A DNA stretch of 64,000 nt from positions 416,001 through 480,000 of the forward strand of contig JBGAHS010000001.1 in NCBI GenBank assembly GCA_044226015.1, written 5' to 3'. The translations under genes were made by a program, and so were the position numbers. Each line of letters begins with the position of its first letter. The first letter of the stretch is position 1. The stretch comes from Candidatus Obscuribacteraceae bacterium (GTDB lineage Bacteria; Cyanobacteriota; Vampirovibrionia; Obscuribacterales; Obscuribacteraceae). The notes under the pieces were generated by a model, which was not told the DNA's origin, made no database searches, and saw only the letters and a list, made by a program, of their open reading frames with translations. Shown one piece after another: positions 19,738 through 28,127 of this stretch.

Positions 19738-21153
19738 ATGCCATCAGATCATTCTGATGTCCCTGGGAACAGGGTCGTAAATCGAGTCTCGGACGATAGC
19801 AGCGAAGCGCTGTTCACTTCCACTTTGCCAGCAGATGGTATTTTTGGAAACAGACCAAGCAGTCCTTGGAATACTCAAATTTCCAGTCCAAGCAGTCCGT
19901 TTCAAAATATGGATATGAAGGTAAGCAGCCCTTTCCAAAATGGTGATAGGCGGGCTAGTGCTCCTCTCACTGACACCACTAATGGTGAGGCGTGGAGGGC
20001 GAGCTTTCAAAATACAGGTTTTGTAAAGCCTCATATTGTACCGAGACCAAACCCATGGGGGACGCCTTCGGATAGACCTTCACCGCAGCCGGCTCCGCTG
20101 CCACCTGCTGACAGAATGCCTCCTGCAAGACCGCAGCCAGCGCCATCAAATGAACCGTGGGATAAGGCTCCTAACGGACCGTGGAGTAAGCCAGCTGAGC
20201 CAAGTGGTGGACCCTGGGATAAGGGTCCGTGGGGCAAAGATGGTGCTAGCTCGAAGCCTGGGGCTCCTGCAAATGACGGCAGTGCAGTTGCAGCCTTCCA
20301 GCGTGATCAGGTTTCGCGTACCTCATATACTTTTAGAGAATGCGTTGAGAAGGAAAAGGCGCTGGGTAAAGAAAACGAAGTTGCGCTTGAGAAACAAATG
20401 CGCGACTGGCTCGGCAAGCAAAAGGACATGAATCCGATTGTTCATATGCGCGGAACGGCATCTCTTGCCTGCGCTTTAGGTGAATTTCGTTTGGAAGAAG
20501 GAAGCCGCATTGATCTGACTTCACATCAAAATGAAAAGCCTCGTATTTTGAAAGGGCACGATTATGATTTTGGTGGTGAAGCGAATACCTGGTTAAGAAT
20601 GTCGGCGGGTTCGCTTGTTGCCGCGCAGCAATATGTTGTTGGGCACAAGGGGCTGACCATCGAAGGGCAGTCTATGGATGATGCTTATCTGCAGCAATTA
20701 AAAGGTTTGCAAACAGACGTAGAGCGAAAACTTGACGTGATCTATGGTCCGCATGATCTTGAGTCTGTTTACAGCGTTGTTCGCGATCAGGTGCGCACCA
20801 AAAGTGGTGACTGGCAGCAAGGGCTTGTGCGTCTAAAGTATCAATTGGATGACCTTAAGTCTTCTGACAATCGCTTCATAGCAAAATCCGCGCGTGATGT
20901 CGCATTGGGTTTTCTGGCTGAAGCTGATTACATGAGCTCCAGAGATAATGGTGAAGAAGCCAAAATCATGTACCAGTCTGCAAATCAATATCTTGCAATG
21001 TCTCAGCGATATGACAGCAGTGCTCCGGACAACCTTGCGCTTGCGAAAATCTCAGAACGCTTGAAACCGCAAATTCTAAAATCCATCGATAATCAGTGGA
21101 GCGATCCTTTCAGTAACCCATTTGAAATACCGAAACCGGCCGCAATGGTCTAG
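19738..21153 (+). CDS. Hypothetical protein, Pro-rich N-terminal half with xPW repeats and helical C-terminal half
   Basis: Long ORF; ATG 19738 preceded by GAGG. Track start is GTG 19708. Confidence 0.75.
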   Translation: MPSDHSDVPGNRVVNRVSDDSSEALFTSTLPADGIFGNRPSSPWNTQISSPSSPFQNMDMKVSSPFQNGDRRASAPLTDTTNGEAWRASFQNTGFVKPHIVPRPNPWGTPSDRPSPQPAPLPPADRMPPARPQPAPSNEPWDKAPNGPWSKPAEPSGGPWDKGPWGKDGASSKPGAPANDGSAVAAFQRDQVSRTSYTFRECVEKEKALGKENEVALEKQMRDWLGKQKDMNPIVHMRGTASLACALGEFRLEEGSRIDLTSHQNEKPRILKGHDYDFGGEANTWLRMSAGSLVAAQQYVVGHKGLTIEGQSMDDAYLQQLKGLQTDVERKLDVIYGPHDLESVYSVVRDQVRTKSGDWQQGLVRLKYQLDDLKSSDNRFIAKSARDVALGFLAEADYMSSRDNGEEAKIMYQSANQYLAMSQRYDSSAPDNLALAKISERLKPQILKSIDNQWSDPFSNPFEIPKPAAMV

Positions 21154-21258
21154 CTGAAATCTGGATTGATTGAGCTAAGAAAGGTGTGTCCTCTCGACTC
21201 TTTGATTGAGGCTAAAACTGCCGTGGAGTAATGTCACGTATCCACTACCAGGTCTTAC

Positions 21259-21321
21259 GTGTTTGAAGTAGGTTCAATCTTCAACGACGATTACAAAATC
21301 GATGCCTTGCTGGGTAAGTGA
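21259..21321 (+). pseudogene. Possible remnant of a Ser/Thr kinase N-terminus
   Basis: VFEVGSIFNDDYKIDALLGK-stop resembles LIGKTIAAKYQILSLLGEGGM of the kinase at 38992. Confidence 0.4.
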
Positions 21322-21410
21322 TCTCACTGCATGTTTTACTTTTGGCTTAGTTTTTGCTGTGGCACGACGCTTTTTTTTCATCAATTCTTCAAAACCTCAA
21401 GGTCAGAACC

Positions 21411-21908
21411 CTAACCTGCAGAGCCAGAACGGGACTCTCTCATCTCCTTCATCTGTACTCCAAGTTCGATATCGTCGTTGATGTAACTAGTCAAATATTC
21501 CAAAAACGATTTTCCAACGAGCAAAGGCGCTTCGTCCGCGACTATGTCCAGGCGGTAGACAGGCGGATCTTGCTCTCTAGTGTCAAAAAACATGAATACA
21601 TCATCGCGTATCAGATAAACAAAATGGAATGGAAGTAAATCGAAGTTTTTTTCAGCTGCATATCTTTCAGCCCTTGTCCGGCAGAATTTCACAAGCCCTG
21701 GATAGGTCATGATTACATCATTAGCCCAGTCTCCCGTCGCCTTACCCATGGTTCTCAAAAACTCTTTATAGGAACTCGGGAGCTTGATGCTGAAATGTTT
21801 TTCAATACCAGCGATTTCTTCATCAGAACATGCCACGATAGTTTCAGGAGTCGCGATCCCAGCGTCGATCAGCATCTTTGCCAGTTCTTGTGGTGTCTTA
21901 GCTTCCAT
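21411..21908 (-). CDS. SMI1/KNR4 (SUKH) family immunity protein
   Basis: CSDEEIAGIEKHFSIKLPSSYKEFL...DPPVY...SFLEYL; ATG overlaps the toxin stop codon (TAATG). Confidence 0.9.
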   Translation of the reverse strand: MEAKTPQELAKMLIDAGIATPETIVACSDEEIAGIEKHFSIKLPSSYKEFLRTMGKATGDWANDVIMTYPGLVKFCRTRAERYAAEKNFDLLPFHFVYLIRDDVFMFFDTREQDPPVYRLDIVADEAPLLVGKSFLEYLTSYINDDIELGVQMKEMRESRSGSAG

Positions 21909-23689
21909 TATTTATACCTATCCATCAATCCTTGATCTTTCGCATTTAGATTCTTGTAACTCCAAGTGACCTCAGGAAATTTTATTGAATCTCCACGGTT
22001 CTTGAACAGTTTCTTGAAATCTTCGATAACCTTTTCGCATGAACGCACACACGGCTTTTGTTCTGAATAGAGCATTATCTCAGCATTTACTTTGCCTGAT
22101 TGTTCTTCAAAACGTTTTGCTATTTCGTTAAGGATCTTGAACTCAGAGTCGCGGTCTCTAAGCAATGCACCGCTGTGATATGGGTGGAGCCTTGGTTGCT
22201 CGGGAACCGGCAGTCCTGGAACCTCGCGACTGGTCCCGTTTATTGCCCACAGAATTTCTTGCTTGCCTTGATTTTTCACGAGAGCAACTGCAATATTCTT
22301 TTCGTCGATATGAGGACATGTTTCTCGAACAGACTCGCGAATTATGTCTGTGACTCGATGGCCGTCCTTGGGATCAAGTCGACCAGTTCTAGCTGTACGC
22401 TCAAGAACCTCACGAACTATGGGATGCTCAGCCAGTTTTTCAAGGCTTATTGGTTTTGGTCCATCTACCTTTTCTTGCAATTCCGGCTTTGTTTCTCTTG
22501 ATTCTTTTGATCGTTCGCTCTTGCCACAAGGCTTTTCATCCGGATGTTTGCCCATTCGCAATATGCCATCATCATGCGCTCTGTTAGAAGGTCCCAAGCT
22601 TGGTCCATTTGCAGCAAGTTTCGGACCGAAGTTTGGTAAGCTTGCATCAAGATATTGGTTCATTTGCAACATTTTTTCCGAGCGAGGAAGCTCTTTCAAC
22701 TTTGTGGCAAATGTTTGCATGTCTGAGCTGATCTGTGACAACATCTTGCTGTCTTTGGCTAAGTGACCAGCTTTGGTCAATGCCATTCCACCTGTCTCAG
22801 CAAAGGTATAAATGTCTAGAAACAGTTCAGTAGACTTTGCTGCTTTGGCCTCTGTGTCCAGATTTTTGAACTTGCTGATTTCGTCTTTCAGTTTCTCAGG
22901 CATTGTTTGAGCGAGCCTTTCAGCTACTAGCCTGCCCTCCGGATCAAAGTCTTTGCCGAAAAATGGCGAATCTTTGTTTAGAGTTGTGCTGAACTGCAGC
23001 AAAACCCGAGAGCCCATTGCCAGGGACTGGCAGGTATCATGCAGTTTTCTCGTTGCTTCAGGATCTGTGTCTGGTTCCAATGACCTATTTGGATCAAATT
23101 TACGCTGGGCCGCATCGAGCATACGGACAGTATCACCAACCGATACGATGGTATTAACAGCGAAATTAGTTGCTCCATGAAGATGCCCCAGCCCCGTCAT
23201 TACAGCTTCGTGAACAGCAGTTCTATCAGGCCCGATTTGTGCAATCAGATCATCTGGGCGTCGGGGCATACCATCTGCATAGAGGGTTCCCAGGCGAAAT
23301 AGATTTGCTGCGGCGTCCCTGGCGGAGGTTTCGGTGCCCGGCTGTTGCACCAACGCGTCGGGTTGATTCTGGTGTAATGGCGCTTCAATGGCTTTGCCAC
23401 CTGCCCCAAGCATATCGCCGCGTTCAGAGATGGTTTTCAATTCAGTCAGGACTTTCTCTTGATCAGCTTTACTGCTAAGCGTCTTGCCATTATCTGTCAA
23501 TGCAAACTTCGATTTTCCATCTGGACTTACGGTATCTGTGCGATTTGGATTAGCTGCAAGAACGGCTCGATAAGTTTTGGCATCAGCTTCCGGAGAAGCC
23601 TTAAAGAGCTTCTCACTTGCCTTTTCAGGCGATTTATCTCCTTGGCGCTCGTGGCTGCTGTCGCCTGGTTTATTTGCGTCCGAACTCAT
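21908..23689 (-). CDS. Polymorphic toxin with C-terminal deaminase domain (Toxin-deaminase/BURPS668_1122-like)
   Basis: NIAVA...AING...RDRDSEFKIL...LYSEQKPCVRSC (RxxDxExK plus PCxxC); followed by a SUKH immunity gene. Confidence 0.8.
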   Translation of the reverse strand: MSSDANKPGDSSHERQGDKSPEKASEKLFKASPEADAKTYRAVLAANPNRTDTVSPDGKSKFALTDNGKTLSSKADQEKVLTELKTISERGDMLGAGGKAIEAPLHQNQPDALVQQPGTETSARDAAANLFRLGTLYADGMPRRPDDLIAQIGPDRTAVHEAVMTGLGHLHGATNFAVNTIVSVGDTVRMLDAAQRKFDPNRSLEPDTDPEATRKLHDTCQSLAMGSRVLLQFSTTLNKDSPFFGKDFDPEGRLVAERLAQTMPEKLKDEISKFKNLDTEAKAAKSTELFLDIYTFAETGGMALTKAGHLAKDSKMLSQISSDMQTFATKLKELPRSEKMLQMNQYLDASLPNFGPKLAANGPSLGPSNRAHDDGILRMGKHPDEKPCGKSERSKESRETKPELQEKVDGPKPISLEKLAEHPIVREVLERTARTGRLDPKDGHRVTDIIRESVRETCPHIDEKNIAVALVKNQGKQEILWAINGTSREVPGLPVPEQPRLHPYHSGALLRDRDSEFKILNEIAKRFEEQSGKVNAEIMLYSEQKPCVRSCEKVIEDFKKLFKNRGDSIKFPEVTWSYKNLNAKDQGLMDRYK

Positions 23690-23718
23690 AAAAGCAGAAC
23701 CCAGAGCAGGTCAACAAG

Positions 23719-24012
23719 CTATATATTCCCGTCCGAGCCTGTTTGATTCACCTTACCAAAAATAGTCCTATTTTTTTTGTGCTTTACTTCTATCTTTATA
23801 GATATCGTTGTGCTCTTCTTATGCTTTTTTGCTGCGCTGATTGCTTCGTTAACCCTCTTGGTGACTTCGACTAGGATGAAAGCCGTGTTGTCTCCCTCGG
23901 GAGAATATTTATCATTTGGAATATGTGCATGATATTCCTGATCTTTACTCCCTGGCGATGAAACCGTCACTAAGAGTTCCTCAATTTGAATATTCAATTG
24001 CAGTTGGAGCAA
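23719..24012 (-). CDS. Small hypothetical ORF upstream of toxin
   Basis: 97-codon ORF on the same strand as the toxin; start uncertain, no recognised motif. Confidence 0.35.
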   Translation of the reverse strand: MLQLQLNIQIEELLVTVSSPGSKDQEYHAHIPNDKYSPEGDNTAFILVEVTKRVNEAISAAKKHKKSTTISIKIEVKHKKNRTIFGKVNQTGSDGNI

Positions 24013-24047
24013 TAGAAAACAAAACTGCCCGATGCCGGGCAGTTTTG
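24012..24047 (-). terminator. Intrinsic terminator after S53 gene
   Basis: Perfect 12-bp stem CAAAACTGCCCG/CGGGCAGTTTTG with 4-nt loop, then TTTTCT on the minus strand. Confidence 0.75.
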
Positions 24048-24076
24048 CGGGATTGTCGAGTAAACTTTCTTGTGAA

Positions 24077-25771
24077 TCAAGCTTGTCTTGGAAGTCTGTT
24101 TAAATCAACGCGCATTGCTTCAAGCAATTTTGTACCGTTCAAAACTCCCCAGCCTGTTGCGGCATCCCAGCCGGGTCCTGCCTCGTAACCACCATTGTTT
24201 CCTGTGGTCATATCACGAAATATATCGCTGCCACCGTTCTTATAGAGAAAGGGATTCAAATATCCTACTCTTTGACCGAGGCTCTGGTTCATTCGAAGCA
24301 CTAGTCCGGCGTAGAGGGGAGAGACAGCGCTCGTCCCGGCCATGCGGCTTTCGACACCATGAACTCTTATCATGTAACCTGTTGCCGGATTGGCGTTGCC
24401 CGCAACATCTGGAACACCTCGACCAGTTTTTTCATTCTTATTGGCGTTGGCAGGTAGTTTTACCTCTTTCTGAAACTCAGGAATCGGATTGCTTTCACTT
24501 ATGCCACCACCGCTATCAGCCCAGGTTTTCTCGCTTTCAATTTTTCCATCAGGCTTCAGTGTGAGTTCTGTTCCACCAGTGGCCAGCACCATTGAGTCAG
24601 ACGCGGGATAGTCTGCTGTAAAACGATCAGTACCGTTTTTAGCACCATTGTCGCCTGTTGCTGCAAAAACAGTAATACCCTTTAAAGCCGCCTTTTTGAA
24701 TGCGATGTGCATGTTTTCCATAGCTTGCTGCGACCACATCGACTCCGGTGCACCCCAACTTATGCTGATTGCAGAGTTGCTCTGTTCTCCTGGTTTGGCG
24801 AATGTTGCTCGTGTTATTGCATCTAGAAAGCCCTGTTCAGAATTGGGAGCAAAAATGACTGTTTGCTTTGCTTCTGGCGCTACCGAGCCTAAAACTTGTG
24901 TGTCTAGAGCCACCTCATCGTCAGCGCTTTGCCCTGATTTCATTTTTGCACCGTCTACGGTGACAATTTCTATTTCTGGCATTTTCATGCCACGTTGCTG
25001 AAAGTACGCTGCCGTGTCCTTGAGGTCTAAGCCGCCACCAAACTGAAGTATGGCTACGCCTTGTCCTTTGCCAGTGGTTTCGCTGGGAAAACTGTAGGCA
25101 TTTGCAGCATCGACCGGAGTGATGCCACCATTGATTCGTGGGTGAAATGGACCAGGAGGTTTGTACCTTACGACATCTGCATGTGCGAATGGTCGGTCTT
25201 CCAGACCTAGCACTCCCAACACATCGGTCGCAATATTTCTCGGAACTGATATGTTTCCGAATCGCTCTCGGCATACTCCAAGAGGACCTTTGAAGTCATC
25301 CAGTTGAACTTTGAACGCTTCGTTAAAGTCTTTAACTTTACCTCTAAGTAAAACCTTTCCTGAGTCGAGGTCTGATTCTTCAACTTTCAACCCGTAGTCT
25401 TCAGCGAATTTTTTGACCCGTTTCATTGCTTCTGGGTCTGCGCCAAAACGGTCGTTAAACTCCTCATCAGTCAAAGGCTTGATTTCGCGATTTTGAATTC
25501 TCGCGAGTGTTAGGTCCATTTCTTGTTCGGAACCTTTTGATTTCACAACAATAGTTGCTGTGATTTCCTTGTTTGGATCGCTAGGACCAATTTTTTCTTT
25601 CTTTGTTTCATTACTGGTTTGTTCTGCTCGCGTACTTAACAGTTCTGCGCGTTCACCTACGAACTTCAGTCGTGGCGAGCTCAGTTCTTGTGCGGCTTCT
25701 GATTGTAATGTAGTGCTGTTGTCGCTAGGCGCTAACGATCTTGCTTCTGCAAGGTCCCTGAATTCGTGCAT
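24077..25771 (-). CDS. S53 family (sedolisin/kumamolisin) serine-carboxyl peptidase with pro-domain
   Basis: EVALD (ExxLD), SISWG, ATGDNG, RGVPDVAGNA, GTSAVSP, GWDAATGWG. ATG 25771 has GGAGGG RBS; track start is 25819. Confidence 0.95.
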   Translation of the reverse strand: MHEFRDLAEARSLAPSDNSTTLQSEAAQELSSPRLKFVGERAELLSTRAEQTSNETKKEKIGPSDPNKEITATIVVKSKGSEQEMDLTLARIQNREIKPLTDEEFNDRFGADPEAMKRVKKFAEDYGLKVEESDLDSGKVLLRGKVKDFNEAFKVQLDDFKGPLGVCRERFGNISVPRNIATDVLGVLGLEDRPFAHADVVRYKPPGPFHPRINGGITPVDAANAYSFPSETTGKGQGVAILQFGGGLDLKDTAAYFQQRGMKMPEIEIVTVDGAKMKSGQSADDEVALDTQVLGSVAPEAKQTVIFAPNSEQGFLDAITRATFAKPGEQSNSAISISWGAPESMWSQQAMENMHIAFKKAALKGITVFAATGDNGAKNGTDRFTADYPASDSMVLATGGTELTLKPDGKIESEKTWADSGGGISESNPIPEFQKEVKLPANANKNEKTGRGVPDVAGNANPATGYMIRVHGVESRMAGTSAVSPLYAGLVLRMNQSLGQRVGYLNPFLYKNGGSDIFRDMTTGNNGGYEAGPGWDAATGWGVLNGTKLLEAMRVDLNRLPRQA

Positions 25772-25948
25772 AGTCAAGCCCTCCGAAACTCCCCTAAGCT
25801 GGCTTTGCTGCCATCGCATTTGGTGCTCAATTTTTTTTTTGTTGCACCTTGAGCTGCATTTTTCAAATTCTTTGAACAGCTTGCGCTAGAGCAGCTTGCT
25901 TTGCGTCAAAGCTCGTTCCCGACAAAGAGCTATCGACGCATAATGATG

Positions 25949-25972
25949 GCGCTACGGCAAGCGCCGTAGCGC
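25949..25972. terminator. GC-rich hairpin downstream of 25987..26574
   Basis: Perfect 10-bp stem GCGCTACGGC-AAGC-GCCGTAGCGC; no clear U-tract. Confidence 0.45.
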
Positions 25973-25986
25973 GCATGCGATTCCAA

Positions 25987-26574
25987 CTATGCTTCTTTGA
26001 AGTGCTTGATCAAGTCTTTCATGTCAGAAATTAGTGCCCGTCCCTGTGGGCTCATTGCTATTTGAGCAAGGTCTTTTCCCACGGTGATAACGTCTTTTAT
26101 TACAAGTGGGTTTGTGAACTTGCGAAGCAAGGTCTGATAGATTCCCGAAATGCGTGGGTCCACCAGTCCAGCCTCTTCGTCTGCGCTCTGAGCTTTCTCG
26201 GCCGCAGGCTTGCTTTGATCTTGTCCCTTTGCCTGCTCTGAAGCCGCCGCTGTTAGTGCGGGCATTTTTATGCCTGACTCTGCCAGTGAACTGGCAAGAT
26301 TCAAGGTTTCTTCCACCACTTTAGGGTCCATTCCCTTTGTGGCTTCAAGCAATTGCCGATAGGCCTCCTTCACCTCTGGAGTTTCATTCGCTCTTGCTCT
26401 CTGCTGAAGTAGGTCGTCGCCGCTGTTGTCACTGCTGGCGGTGCGACTGTCACTTGAAGCAAAGTTTCTTCTGGACATCGAATCTAGTGCTTCTGTTGTT
26501 AGTGCATTTCTGCTGTTGTCTTTTTCATCAATAACTGATCGTATATCTCTCACTTCTAACGTTCTCGGATCCAT
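25987..26574 (-). CDS. Hypothetical helical protein
   Basis: 195-aa ORF with G-rich RBS (GGGGGAAGG) upstream. Confidence 0.75.
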   Translation of the reverse strand: MDPRTLEVRDIRSVIDEKDNSRNALTTEALDSMSRRNFASSDSRTASSDNSGDDLLQQRARANETPEVKEAYRQLLEATKGMDPKVVEETLNLASSLAESGIKMPALTAAASEQAKGQDQSKPAAEKAQSADEEAGLVDPRISGIYQTLLRKFTNPLVIKDVITVGKDLAQIAMSPQGRALISDMKDLIKHFKEA

Positions 26575-26972
26575 ATACCTTCCCCCCTTGGGCGTAAATG
26601 AATTTAGTCACCATATTTTCCGAGCAAGCTTTTTCGCAATTCCCCAGTGGTTAAAAGCCTGAAGAAAACTTTGTGATCGAGTCCCTGCATCAACTCTCAT
26701 TTAGTTTTCTTTTCACCTTGGAACCGTCTATATCCTTCGAAACGCCAAATTTGACGCGCCTTTTCTTGAATATCCTTAAGAAAGATCTTCTTGGCAATCG
26801 CCTGTGACGACCTTCTAAAGTCCCTATTTGTAATGGTTTTGTCGGAGTTTATTAACTAAATGGCGTATGTGAAAAATGATTAGCTGCATTAAATAATTTG
26901 ATGTTTTCGGTGAGATTTTATGTGTGTTGCAGAGTTTCTTGAGTTTGCTGAAACAAGCTTGTGACAATCTTT

Positions 26973-27335
26973 TCGCCGTGGCGCTACCGTATGTGGTGCA
27001 AGTGTTGGTGTCCGCTGGGGCTTACGACTAGTGCTTTGTGGCGGTGTTGCATTGAATGTTTGTGCTTAAGCACCGTGCATACAGTCTGCATTATCAGGCA
27101 ACTGTTACAGCTTCTGGACCAGGTGGCAGACTGCTGGCTAGCGGTGTATCCGCCTCTAGATAGCGGGCTTCCACCTGTGTGTCGAGCTCAGTGCAGGTGT
27201 CTTGGATACCTGTATGCGGGTATTGGACTGCCGTATCCACTCCGTAAATGTGCTGCCTCGGGGCTCTATACTGATAGTGCGCCGAGTCGGTGTCCGTGCT
27301 GACTGGGCTTCAGGCGCAGGGACCACGAAATGGCT
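26973..27335 (+). ncRNA. Candidate structured non-coding RNA (family unrecognised)
   Basis: Consecutive stems, e.g. CAGGTGG/CCACCTG (27120/27177), ATACCTG/CGGGTAT, TGCGCC/GGCGCA and AGTGTTGGT/ACTAGTGCT; non-WC pairs are mostly G-U on the + strand. Confidence 0.4.
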
Positions 27336-27374
27336 TTGTTCATCACAGGCGTACGCGTTCAGATCAGTGAGTAA

Positions 27375-28061
27375 TTATTTTGCTGCTGATTCCGATTCGA
27401 TAATGTAACCGTATCCAGCCAGAGTTTTGATGACACACTCTTTGCCATCTTCGGTGATCTTTTTCCTCAGTGAACGCATACAAGAGCGCACTGTGTCTTC
27501 CGACAGTGCCGAATCCAGTGGCCAAACCGAATCCAATAATGCTTTTGAATTATAAGCATGGTTCGGATGGCGCATCAAGAATTCCAATAAGGAAAATTCT
27601 CTAGGAGTGAGTGGAATGTTCTTAGTTCCTATTTCGACGCTGTGTGTGTCAGTGTGCAAGGCGAGTCCCTGTACTTGCAGCACATTGCTGAGCATCGCTG
27701 CTGGACGCCTCAGTAGAGACTTCAGGCGTGCGCCGAGTTCTCGAAATTCGAAGGGCTTAGACAAGTAATCATCAGCACCTGTTTCAAGCCCTGCAACTTT
27801 TGAGTTTAGATCTGATTTGCCAGTTAAGAACAAGATGGGTGTTGTTCCGCCTTTCTTGCGGAACGTATCGCATATTGAAATTCCTGGTATGCCAGGCAAT
27901 TCCCAGTCTAAAATCAACAAATCATAGCTGAAGCTTGCCAGAAGTTGCAGCGCATCTTCCCCGTTGTATACAGTGTCAATCACATAATTTTGTGATTGCA
28001 GCCAGGTTGAAAGAATACCTGCGAACTCTTCATCATCTTCGACAATCAATATCTTTGCCAT
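27375..28061 (-). CDS. OmpR/PhoB family response regulator
   Basis: ILIVEDD, LILDWELPG, GADDYLSKPF, wHTH LTPREFSLLEFL...GYGY. Confidence 0.95.
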   Translation of the reverse strand: MAKILIVEDDEEFAGILSTWLQSQNYVIDTVYNGEDALQLLASFSYDLLILDWELPGIPGISICDTFRKKGGTTPILFLTGKSDLNSKVAGLETGADDYLSKPFEFRELGARLKSLLRRPAAMLSNVLQVQGLALHTDTHSVEIGTKNIPLTPREFSLLEFLMRHPNHAYNSKALLDSVWPLDSALSEDTVRSCMRSLRKKITEDGKECVIKTLAGYGYIIESESAAK

Positions 28062-28127
28062 TTGCTTGAACTCGATTCCTTGTTGTTCTAGTTGTTCTTT
28101 GCCTGATCTTTTATTCCAAGTTTTACA

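Noticed and set aside
26961..27302. 113-aa Cys-rich + strand ORF as a RiPP or metallothionein
   Set aside because: No RBS, composition follows the G/T bias of the region, and no modifying enzymes nearby.
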